DNA of 64,000 nucleotides from Cenarchaeum sp. (lineage in GTDB: Archaea > Thermoproteota > Nitrososphaeria > Nitrososphaerales > Nitrosopumilaceae), in contig OY843584.1 in the NCBI GenBank assembly GCA_963692915.1, positions 416,001 through 480,000 on the forward strand. Direction: 5' to 3'. The notes beneath the pieces were generated by a model. The model was given only the letters and a program-made list of their open reading frames with translations. It was not told the DNA's origin and searched no databases. The position numbers were made by a program, and so were the translations under genes. Below, one piece after another: positions 12,801 to 19,688 of this stretch; the first letter of the stretch is position 1, and each line of letters begins with the position of its first letter.

Positions 12801-15800
12801 GTCGAGATCCTCGGCTCGACCTCTGAGGAGCTAATGTCAGACTCAAAGCGGGCAACTGATGCGGCCCCGCCGACTCCCCACTCGGCCGTGACGTCCTCGA
12901 CGACCAACGGCGAGAGGCTCGTCATGGCGTTCAGCGAGCCCCTGTACATTGGTTCCGTGGCCGCCCCCGGAATCCCAGATGCTGACATTACGTCCCAGCT
13001 CTCCATCCACGTCGACGGCGCCACGGAAGGCACGGCCCCGTCGTCCATATCGCGAAGCTCTGATGGCACAGAGCTCACGCTGGCCTATACGGGAGTATCG
13101 CTCAACCCCGTGGCCGCATCCACGTTTGTCCGATATGACGGCACGCTGCCTGTCGGCGAGCGCATTCTAGACGTCGTGCCCAACACGCTGTCTAATGCTG
13201 CCCTGGACACGCTCGTGACGGACATGATAGTGCCGTCGATATCCTCGGCCAGGACTGCGGGGGCCACGACGACAGAGGTCACGTACGACGAGCCGATCGC
13301 CCTGGTCGGCGACCCCGCCTCACTCTATGCGATAGAATTTCCGGCCGGAACCACGACGCCCCCCGGCTCTGTGGCCATAAAGGCCGGCGATCCCAGCGTG
13401 GCTGTCCTGACGCACTCGTCTGTCACGTATGGGGTGGACTCTACTGCGACTCTGGCCTACACGGCCGGCACGGCAACGCAGTCCGTGACTGATGCGGCAG
13501 CGGGCGCAAACAGGGCAGAGGCGGTCACGGCGGTGCGAATTGCCGACGGGATCGCCCCAAAGATAACGGAGGTGGAGACTGAGTCGCAGACAACGACGAT
13601 CGTGACGCTTGATGGCCCTGTAACGGCCGGCGGTGATGCCGCACAGCGCTCGCGGCACTGGACCGTGACTGACGTTGACCCTGACGGCACAGGGCCGGTG
13701 GCCGCGCCAGACAGGGCAGTCTCGGGAGTCGACACCATTGACGCGGCTGGCGCCATAGCCACATCGGGCATGCGCATTCGCCTCACGCATGCCGAGCTCT
13801 CAGACACGGCCTCGACGCCGACTGTCGCGTATGTCGCGCGCGTCGACAGCAATGCGGACGGCACGATCGACGCCTTAGACGAGCCAAGCAGGGTCATCGA
13901 CCCCGCCGTCGATGCGCTCAGCATGCCGGCGCCAAACATACTGGCCGACTATACGACGACTGCAACTGACAAGGCGCCGCCGGTTATAACGGCAAGGTTT
14001 GCGACTGCGACATCGATAACCCTGACGCTCAGCGAGCCCATAGAGCGCACGACGGCGCTCCTCACGCGCTCCAACTGGGACATTGACAGCGCAGGAACCG
14101 GTGACAATCCCCGCCTGCTCCAGACCTCCACGCAAACGGAGACGGCCGTGTCATACCCCGCCTCCACGCCATTATCCATGACGATTCGCCTTAACGATGC
14201 CGCATCTGACAATGTCCACACGCTTACCATCCCGGCCGGTATAGTCGACAGGGCAGATACGCCCAACGCCTATGTGGCATCGCGTGCGCTGACCGTCGAT
14301 CCGATCGCAGGAGTCGCGTTTACGGCAAGTGCGACAGGACAGTCAACGATCGAGATCACGTTCACCACGGACGTCGAGAGGATCGGCTCCGCTCCGCTGG
14401 CCACCTCGGCATGGATCGTCTACGAGACACCAACACAGGGCACACAGGCAGAGCGCATCCCGATCTCCTCAGTCTCAGCCCTTGCCGACAACAAGGTGAC
14501 ACTGACGCTCTCGCCCTCGCCTGGCAGGGATGCGCAGACGTCGACTGGAAAAACGCCATACGTCGAGTATGTGCGCGACACCTCTGAGTTTAGGGATGTG
14601 GCCACGCGTGTGCCCCTTGCGGCAGAGGCGAGCGCGGTTGCCACTGATGACACCGACCCGACGATAAAGTCGGCTAGAACGTCATCGACCACGCAGATCA
14701 CCGTCACGCTCAACGAGCCAGTCGGATTTGTGGGCACGGGAGCCAATGCGCCATCTACGGCAGGCCAGATCGCGCAGTGGAGTGCATGCGTCCCGCCCGA
14801 GGGTTCCTCGTCATGCAGTGTGGCCGAGACGCTCTCGAGCATCGGCATAGCCATCTCTGGCTCCACAGTGACGCTGAACTTTGCGCCGGCTGACGAATGG
14901 GAGACAGACGTCGTGCCGGTTGTGACATACCGCAACATCGACGAGCCAGAGGACTCTGAGACGCCCGTGGCTGACCTCTCGGAGCGCGCGCGCGCACGCC
15001 TAGTCGACGTCAACGGCAATGGCATGGACGCAGTGTCGTACCAGTCCGCTGACGGCGTCGCGCCGGTCATCGTGTCGGCATCGACGGCCTCGGTCAGATC
15101 CATCAACGTCGTGCTCTCCGAGGTGTCCGTGTTCGCCCCCGCGTCATCCACGTCGGCACAGCGTGGGCCTCACTGGACGGCCACTGTGGATGGCGATAGC
15201 AGTGTGGGCTCGACTGCGGCGATATCGACGGTATCGGGCACCTCGACTCTCACGTTCCGCGTCGCCTCTGATGACGCATGGACTGGAGACGACTCCCCGA
15301 CTGTCGCCTATGTGAACCCTGCCGGTGCCGGACGCGTGACTGACGTGCATGGCAACGCCATGCTGGTGGCCTCTGGGGTGATGACGACCAATGTGGCGGC
15401 TCCCGAGCTGCTCAGCGCAAGGACGGTGTCGCTTGGCCGCACCGAAGTGGTGGTCTCAAAACCCGCCCAGATCAACGCTGGCACGGCCGCACAGGTGATT
15501 GGGCACTGGTCACTTTTGGACATCGACGGGGATGACGCCGGCGATGCCCCTGATCCCGTGACGATCAGGGGTGTCCGCCTCGATGACAGCATATCCCACG
15601 AGCCGGGCTCGTCTGTCGTAGAGCTCTCCCTGTCCGGCTCGCTGCCAAATGGTGTCCACGAGATAACCGCACGCAGCACGATCGCCTCGACGGGAGGCGC
15701 GACGCCCTCGTCTGACCAGACGACGCGCATTACGTCCTATGTCCCGCCGATGGTCCTTGAGGACCTAACCTTGGGTGATGATCGCATATCGCTGCTGTTC

Positions 15801-18800
15801 AGCCACGATGTGGAAGAGTCCACCATCCTGGGCAGCCTAGTCCTGCCATCAACCATGACAGTGCGGGGAGACGACCCTGTGTCATTCCAAAGACTCAACA
15901 ACAAATTGGTCCATGTGGACGTGACGAGGACGCCGGACCTCGTGGAGAGCGTCACAATACGGGACACGATACGCTCAACTGAGGGACACCGGCCGCTCGG
16001 CGACCAGGTGATCAGCAAGTCGACCACCTCACAATCCCTCAGCGATGCTGGCGTGTCTCCTGACGGACGGTCAATATTGCTCGACTTTGACGCCGAAATC
16101 TCTGCAGCATCGGCAGTCGTGGCCGCCTTTGAGCTCCCAACAGGAGTCAGCTTTGCCGCATCTAGCCCCGTGGTGACCACGGCAGGCTCCACTCTCGTCA
16201 CGCTCAACCTGTCCTCACAGCTGCCCAGGGGCATTCACACAATCTCGACAAAGGAGACACCCGCACTGGTCAGTACGACTGGCTCCGTCCTGTATCAGGG
16301 CACGCACACAATTACGTGGGATCCGGCACCACACGTCCTTGAGCACGTCTCGACGTCGCCGGACGGCCGGACAATAACGCTCCACTTTAGCAGGTCAGTG
16401 GACACGAGCACGCTCACGCCGGCCAACATTGCGCTCTCGACGGGCACTGCGCTAACGCAGTCCCAGATATCGCACGCCGTCGGCCCCAGGGTGACGATCA
16501 CGCTTGATGCGCCGCTGGCCACAGGCACGCACTCTGTGACGGTGCGCACGGGCGTGACTGCGTCAGGGTACCCACTGCCCGGCGAGACGGTCAGGTCGTT
16601 TGTCCACATGCCGTCTGCGCCATCCATCACCTCGGCGTCGCTCTCAGATGACGGGCGAACAGTGACGCTGGTCTTTAGCCACGCGCTGGACTCGGCCACA
16701 GTCACGCCCGCGGCCCTGTCATACTCTGAGGCCCTTGAAGGCGTGGTCGGGGACAGAACGCGCCTGATCATAGATCACGACGATCTCTCCGGACCGGGGG
16801 CGGCACCAACACTGTCATACGACCCTGACACGTCGACTAGTGGGACCATTGCCCTCAATGGCGTCTCCACGTCGCTGGTGGAGGAGACGCCATCCCTGGC
16901 CGTGGCTGACGGCATCCCGCCGCGGCTCGTCGGCGACCCCGAGCTAGTGGGCTGGTCATTTGGCAAGATTTTTGGGCCTGAAAGCACCGAGACTCCCCCG
17001 CGAAACATGCAAGACGCCGTTAGGTTCACGTTTAGCGAACCGATGAACAGGGATGACCTGATCGTCACATTCGATGTTGGCGGAGCACAGGTTTCTGCTG
17101 CGCCGGGTCAGTTCGCTTTCTATCAAGGTTCTAGTGTGACAGCCCCTGGTAACACCTTTCTTAACACGCATAGAGGACAAATTATTTTCCCTTTGACATA
17201 CAAGACCGACGCGGGGATAGTTCGATTTGCCCCCTTGCCTGAATATCGGGATGAATCTACGTGGGGCCAGGTCATTCCTGGCTATAACAGCTTTGATCTT
17301 CCCCGAGCTGCGCTTGGTGCACACCTTGACACCACGAACATGATATACACGATCTATAATCAGGGCGGTGCGACCACAGAGGGTCTTGGTTTCGTTCGAT
17401 TTATAGATCTGGCAGATCACCCGACCGTTCAACTACGAGACGTGGCCGGAAATCCGTACATTCCCGACCAGTCCAGGAAACATGATGAATTTATCCTAGA
17501 GACAGACACTGTGGGTCCGAAGTTTCGTGCCAAAGTGGCCTCGCCGACACAGATCAATGTAGAGTATCTGGAACCCGTGGAGATCAAGCAGGGTCGGGAG
17601 CTGCGATCCGCTGATTGGAGGATAGATCTGACGCCAGACGACGATAGTGACAACGAAGACGGCAACCTCAATTGGATTGGGCCCACGGCAGTCACTCACG
17701 CGTTTGACGAGTTCCCCAACCCCGAATTCCTCTCCTATGGTGACCTTGGAACCAGGTCGAGACTCACGGTCATGCTCACAGTAGACCCGCCAACGGAGAC
17801 TGTGAATGCCATGTCGCCCCTTGACGCGACTCCCCTTGACGTGCACTATGTCGCAAGCTCGGCAGATGTCGCCGATGCGCGCTCTCATGACGCCGTTGTG
17901 CCATTCGCCTTCGAGTACCGTCCAGGGGTAACTGACAACACAGGCCATGACGCAATCGCGCCGGCTGCGGCATCACTGGTGACCACAGTCGAGCGACCGA
18001 CTGCCACGGAGGGGGAGTTTGCCGAACGAACAGGCGCGTTTGCGCATTACGCGATGGCTGGTGACAGGATCACGGTCAGCGCAGTGCTTGACTCACCGGC
18101 GCTTGCTGCAACCGCTGACGCGGGAGTGGACGTGGGCGTGCTCACGCCGTACCTGGAGCTGGGAACATACGCTGTGAACATGGAACAGGGCACCCCGCCG
18201 CAATACAGCGTCGTAATTCCCACGACAGTCACTGATGCTGATGGGATAGCGTTTGCTGCAGACACTAGCCACGCCGTGACGTACGTTGCCTCGCCGCCGA
18301 CACTCTCAAACCCGAGCTTTGGCGCCCCGTCGAGGATATTCATTGAGACAAGCGAGCCGCTAGATGACACGACGCTAACGCCCACTAGCGTCAGCGTGGA
18401 AGGGCTTGAGACGGTGCGGGTTGACCGCGAGATCGACCGCGTGGTGATAAACACGCGACATGACGCGATCCCAGGAAAATCGTACACGATCCGCATTGCC
18501 GACACGGTCACTGACACTGACGGGGTTGCCACGGCCGCAACGACGCTGTCGGTGCAATATCCCGTAAAGGCAACTGCGACTGCAAGGTTTGCCAATGACA
18601 ATCGTCTGGTTATAACGACCAGCGAGTGGATCGTCGAGAGCAATATATTGGACAGATACGTATCGCTCTCTGCAGTCGGGGGCACGTCGGAACCGCTGGA
18701 TCTCAAATCCGCTACATTCTTCTTCCCGCATCTCGGATTTAATATTGATGATGACGTGCCGACTGGCACGTACGAGCTCACATTCTCTGACTCGTTAGTG

Positions 18801-19502
18801 ACGAGCGCGGGCACGACGTTTGAGAGCCCGATCCTAGTTGAGCATGTGGCAGGCCTGCGGACGCCAGAGGGGGCGCCGACGGCATCCAACGTTAGGTTCT
18901 TTGGCCCGGAGCACATACAGTTCGAGATGGACCAGTATCCTGCCACATCGACGCTTGAGAACATCGAGGTTCCGACGCTTGGGGTAAAGCGCGTCTCGCG
19001 CGATGCACTGACGATCACGCTGGCCCTGGAGGGCCGCGCCGACAGGGTATCGTGGCAAGCGTCGTGGATCGTGCCGACTGCGGACTCCACGACGCTGACG
19101 CAGGGCCCAATTGACTTTACGATCACCGCCACGGATGCGGCCGGCAACGCAGGCGACATTGGGCAGTCAAGCGTGTCGACGGGAACCAACAATGCCATAG
19201 TCGACACGACGTTGCCGACATTTGAGGCAGCCATCGTGGCCTCAGACCGCACGAGCGTGACGTTCGTCGAGCCTGCGCGCGGGACGATCGTCGCGTCCGA
19301 GTGGTGCGTCGAGGGCATCGCCTCGGTGGGAGTGTCAGCTGACGGTGTAGAGTTTGCGCCGTCATACCCTGTCGTTGACGCGGCGACAGTCACGGAGGGC
19401 CAGACGTTCATCCTGCGCCACACCGCAGTGCCGCACGGAACCGAGCCGACAGTAGAGTACTCGCCAGGCGAGCCGTGCGCGCCAGATGCGCCCAGCGGAT
19501 AG
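3831..19502 (+). CDS. giant secreted/surface protein (5223 aa) of tandem Ig-like beta-sandwich repeats, putative adhesin
   Basis: N-terminal signal peptide (RVAVVALLGVVALGAISGVMA-Q); Thr/Ser/Asp/Val-rich; recurring ~90-120 aa modules (VTLxEP...HW...LTH...TPTVxY...DGxxP; VTDxxGN; EGxVEFxI...VDxTxP). Confidence 0.88.
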   Translation: MWAWRVAVVALLGVVALGAISGVMAQEALTASPLTTRTLVDGVPTQVHAKVGATISISVETSSAVTITASDVSFFGRGSQAVAPTSVTGSGTSWEVRLNVVNSHVEGPLRFWITAHDAVTPTSTITLTEADIAGHHVSIDRTRPEFTITPTSSTTTLVTLNEPLSPLVAASRELDVSRWCVNDSQTPQIMCLSTADYNRDVASATVLSLGLSPVILLTHEPVVHLSDMVVVFDHHDTSTPFLFTDAALNLPAIPASQSSVEASMQRIFGSPPATSSDHVFPFTAEYDVGNRRILVRMGDAIGLTGQLTLADWRVEHGEPSPDVASNDLQTQTISQSPPSETDLHVRYIGLESAAVVPENANLWVTYTPSDSMPLRVGTAGMILTGSAQFALNPDTRPTTLTVSAQRDSGSGPASYDGDLRASDTITVTMRLREATLSTSVPTISFFGAAAVDMTGTAGGRDWTATLAVRDDDASTDGVNEGTPEGSVEFDITATNVGRTVVRYDESHVTDGSSVSVDRTPPQVRTAKFVDARSEIHVVPDEPVSYTSLTDLFTATSGGSEVELSDVTFDALRGAYVIEITAAAQGSTYVLTPAAGAITDGAGNALAGSFSVVDESAAPTVTSMSLDVLRADEAGMYVLRSGAHAEYAMADDVIRVTLGLNEITNPVTVPTVRFFDQQTPVAMNGSPGDMAWTADFLVTSMTREGSVEFDIVALDYVGNAADIDETGVTDMSDAIVDLTAPLASPSMTFSYTATPTGFTLFFAEDLDDTTVMTSAFVIKSPEGGVVMQSAAPTYAASTSSAQAGVSFTTAALSDGNHTVEIAISLTDRAGNSYVADDVTVYVDTTAPTVTGIATESSTTTIVTLDEAVTADGNAAQRLRHWTVTDDDPDGSSGPIEAPVRAISNVEVIDTEGMAAASGERIRITHASLASTASTPTVAYAPVSTDVGGIGAVTLGLVTDASPPLATRLAAVSATEADDLASPTANDPSFTNARTITFTLSEPVVQTFLERTTVSPPIGTLTVAVDGLRVTLSGTTNAIDGTTYSIEVPSAVTDSKCVGVTDTCVPNMFSLDSVELAYGDTYAPTAQSATFLSSSRIDVEVSETLDADTLSGITVSPPLGTLTVTQFDLTVVIGFTGTPSVGTEYTVTIPTTVTDVASPANAFALTTLATTYRADTTQPTVVSATQTSYGVIVVRFSEPIQGTTRTSDWSIWDDRYPANPFPAIVNVALGGGFATSTTSLTIPGTGALVREITLSARVESTESRPYTQHVGSGLTDLSGNVLRDTDRSNIHGAVRFTDKAPPESLGIVVESTRPRQADLVSGIDIGTLLVKAGDEVTFTVEFDGSSTPFRDRYLRTQLEVDPTIQYVRGGTTYPLAFHSDVENWSHTLTITGDMPDGLLVPFLTIKDRVVQNGPGNIGEYLGASTNPNACDRIADAIPANRATGCLQGVGLEQGLPRLFPTVDNSPPVIESAETTTTTTTLVTLDEPVLTSTGTPAQIADNWAMTSGTDTVNVSSAAVAGSEVTLTHDTLDTYATPTLTYTRGATEDAGRIIDRVDNSLAQADSVPVADGTAPAFVSATIGASPSRTVTATFSEDIARSSVSATTIMLEDSAGTAVEGTLLYHDPDNEDTVAITFPSSAVALDGMYTLRITTGITDASPQANPLPAEATESIALNTEAPYMVSATTRLPPSSLLALSGYNTQAGPVSTVLHLYDGAQSRSVVPSPLSAITTVTLSEPVTTPGSATMENVRSHWKVAAGSTDLTVTSVAVSGRTVAITHSIPASTDSTFTVTHTVGDSAGLVMDSANANIADDENAQSSDGIIPLWSARLTGPTTALVTFSEPVMQVPGTTAIDAWRASGRGDLADQRMGEDRYSRANDGDRRLASATLSDDGRSMTLEMSAAIPTDDRAYSATNLPWIKYYPGAFARQTPLPATAIANTIVDLAGNALTDRVYQTGDGIAPVLTVASFDGTTMSVTSSRPLDSTTIQGGNFVLRGPGSLTTTHTPTLVPGGTTSAFSLTFSPALTLSGSYTMVLGDVYDTVTTQHPGETRAGNRLVLSEPTVMFLPSGATNPVLASAETLTKTTTQVTFNQPVEGMTSRSQWTITSQGLTINVLGVAAGSATPVDSADPITVARSGATLTMTLLHDAISSGLTPGIDYDPAGDTSIADANRLRDNSNNAILGTGTTGPTATDGIPPQVSDATFIARNGLRLTFEEPLAQASVTAMGTTFTITDPSGDPVSLASDNPVSYSASSQSVTLILEDFTTEHGGYGITIVGVADTASPTANSCTAMTCTATADREVQLPVLGTTGSLVASVLSGDPLAAKSTNPNIATGGDTLRVALTLAGIVPDPAAPAVIDSALLRDIDRPSISFFGGEGMAMTDVTQAGSPARSSWSIDYTVPSTPQRDAQAEFSITVGHNLDTATFTRAELTSGTAVSVDTKPPGLSASAADPLYTRTEAVGATAGLGSARNAQVGDVMLVVLTTDEPLSGVILGDATFSSGRAATDVSSDHTSRGITPALPEDTYVYSRTVASDEPEGPVEFSITVRDAVGNTDTLDADDLPTGDDATGYRLSVDRTAPTVSSAMFTSPTVLTITFGESGIQTLPATLTLTRTSTPGTTTSTLTATLSGEPDGASVTYTVPAIQPYAHESAEYTFTLPATILDDALNAYVPPADDIVVSESPVTISSAETSSTTVTDVTLSAPPVALGTDATPATPATPAQIASHWSVSEVIDGTTVDREVTGAAITDSTIRLTHAPLASSSSTPSVAYTAPASRAVGQLVDATSSTLSVQTFSGTAADGAPPVMTARFTTPAIITVTLDSPYVTTPAERAPALSNTMSPMDNAATFTLAQAPPTTLTLSLGGTVDDGTYEFTITVYDSNGNMGVQAFSLDRDSTSIFASARTLSHTSVEVSFALGTALAQGVTSLDPARWTVITPVEGAQGATTITVASVSALADNKVTLTLASPGIVASDGTPDTAATPTVKYTRGVGAAVEILGSTSEELMSDSKRATDAAPPTPHSAVTSSTTNGERLVMAFSEPLYIGSVAAPGIPDADITSQLSIHVDGATEGTAPSSISRSSDGTELTLAYTGVSLNPVAASTFVRYDGTLPVGERILDVVPNTLSNAALDTLVTDMIVPSISSARTAGATTTEVTYDEPIALVGDPASLYAIEFPAGTTTPPGSVAIKAGDPSVAVLTHSSVTYGVDSTATLAYTAGTATQSVTDAAAGANRAEAVTAVRIADGIAPKITEVETESQTTTIVTLDGPVTAGGDAAQRSRHWTVTDVDPDGTGPVAAPDRAVSGVDTIDAAGAIATSGMRIRLTHAELSDTASTPTVAYVARVDSNADGTIDALDEPSRVIDPAVDALSMPAPNILADYTTTATDKAPPVITARFATATSITLTLSEPIERTTALLTRSNWDIDSAGTGDNPRLLQTSTQTETAVSYPASTPLSMTIRLNDAASDNVHTLTIPAGIVDRADTPNAYVASRALTVDPIAGVAFTASATGQSTIEITFTTDVERIGSAPLATSAWIVYETPTQGTQAERIPISSVSALADNKVTLTLSPSPGRDAQTSTGKTPYVEYVRDTSEFRDVATRVPLAAEASAVATDDTDPTIKSARTSSTTQITVTLNEPVGFVGTGANAPSTAGQIAQWSACVPPEGSSSCSVAETLSSIGIAISGSTVTLNFAPADEWETDVVPVVTYRNIDEPEDSETPVADLSERARARLVDVNGNGMDAVSYQSADGVAPVIVSASTASVRSINVVLSEVSVFAPASSTSAQRGPHWTATVDGDSSVGSTAAISTVSGTSTLTFRVASDDAWTGDDSPTVAYVNPAGAGRVTDVHGNAMLVASGVMTTNVAAPELLSARTVSLGRTEVVVSKPAQINAGTAAQVIGHWSLLDIDGDDAGDAPDPVTIRGVRLDDSISHEPGSSVVELSLSGSLPNGVHEITARSTIASTGGATPSSDQTTRITSYVPPMVLEDLTLGDDRISLLFSHDVEESTILGSLVLPSTMTVRGDDPVSFQRLNNKLVHVDVTRTPDLVESVTIRDTIRSTEGHRPLGDQVISKSTTSQSLSDAGVSPDGRSILLDFDAEISAASAVVAAFELPTGVSFAASSPVVTTAGSTLVTLNLSSQLPRGIHTISTKETPALVSTTGSVLYQGTHTITWDPAPHVLEHVSTSPDGRTITLHFSRSVDTSTLTPANIALSTGTALTQSQISHAVGPRVTITLDAPLATGTHSVTVRTGVTASGYPLPGETVRSFVHMPSAPSITSASLSDDGRTVTLVFSHALDSATVTPAALSYSEALEGVVGDRTRLIIDHDDLSGPGAAPTLSYDPDTSTSGTIALNGVSTSLVEETPSLAVADGIPPRLVGDPELVGWSFGKIFGPESTETPPRNMQDAVRFTFSEPMNRDDLIVTFDVGGAQVSAAPGQFAFYQGSSVTAPGNTFLNTHRGQIIFPLTYKTDAGIVRFAPLPEYRDESTWGQVIPGYNSFDLPRAALGAHLDTTNMIYTIYNQGGATTEGLGFVRFIDLADHPTVQLRDVAGNPYIPDQSRKHDEFILETDTVGPKFRAKVASPTQINVEYLEPVEIKQGRELRSADWRIDLTPDDDSDNEDGNLNWIGPTAVTHAFDEFPNPEFLSYGDLGTRSRLTVMLTVDPPTETVNAMSPLDATPLDVHYVASSADVADARSHDAVVPFAFEYRPGVTDNTGHDAIAPAAASLVTTVERPTATEGEFAERTGAFAHYAMAGDRITVSAVLDSPALAATADAGVDVGVLTPYLELGTYAVNMEQGTPPQYSVVIPTTVTDADGIAFAADTSHAVTYVASPPTLSNPSFGAPSRIFIETSEPLDDTTLTPTSVSVEGLETVRVDREIDRVVINTRHDAIPGKSYTIRIADTVTDTDGVATAATTLSVQYPVKATATARFANDNRLVITTSEWIVESNILDRYVSLSAVGGTSEPLDLKSATFFFPHLGFNIDDDVPTGTYELTFSDSLVTSAGTTFESPILVEHVAGLRTPEGAPTASNVRFFGPEHIQFEMDQYPATSTLENIEVPTLGVKRVSRDALTITLALEGRADRVSWQASWIVPTADSTTLTQGPIDFTITATDAAGNAGDIGQSSVSTGTNNAIVDTTLPTFEAAIVASDRTSVTFVEPARGTIVASEWCVEGIASVGVSADGVEFAPSYPVVDAATVTEGQTFILRHTAVPHGTEPTVEYSPGEPCAPDAPSG

Positions 19503-19688
19503 GCCCCCGACGGCGGCGCACTATAGGGGCCGGGGCATGCACAGCCCACCACGAAGAACACACTTGAATTCTTTAGAGACCGGCTCGAAGACGCTATAGT
19601 CTACTGAGCTTTTCCACGTTCTGCACAACGGCAAAATTGTGCTCTTTTGCGATTTGCTCTAATGACCCCATGTTGTGCATCTTCCATG

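Noticed and set aside
11627-13078. Long antisense ORFs within the giant gene (also 18047-19561)
   Set aside because: Expected shadow ORFs of high-GC, Thr/Val/Ser-rich coding DNA; no motifs.
15570-16770. Cassettes as BHB-type mRNA introns or inteins
   Set aside because: I found no bulge-helix-bulge pairing of the junctions and no C/S...HN intein termini.
18185-19047. 6-bp ACAGGG direct repeat near the ends of the second cassette
   Set aside because: The two copies are in different reading frames, so crossover there would frameshift; the in-frame AGGGC fits better.
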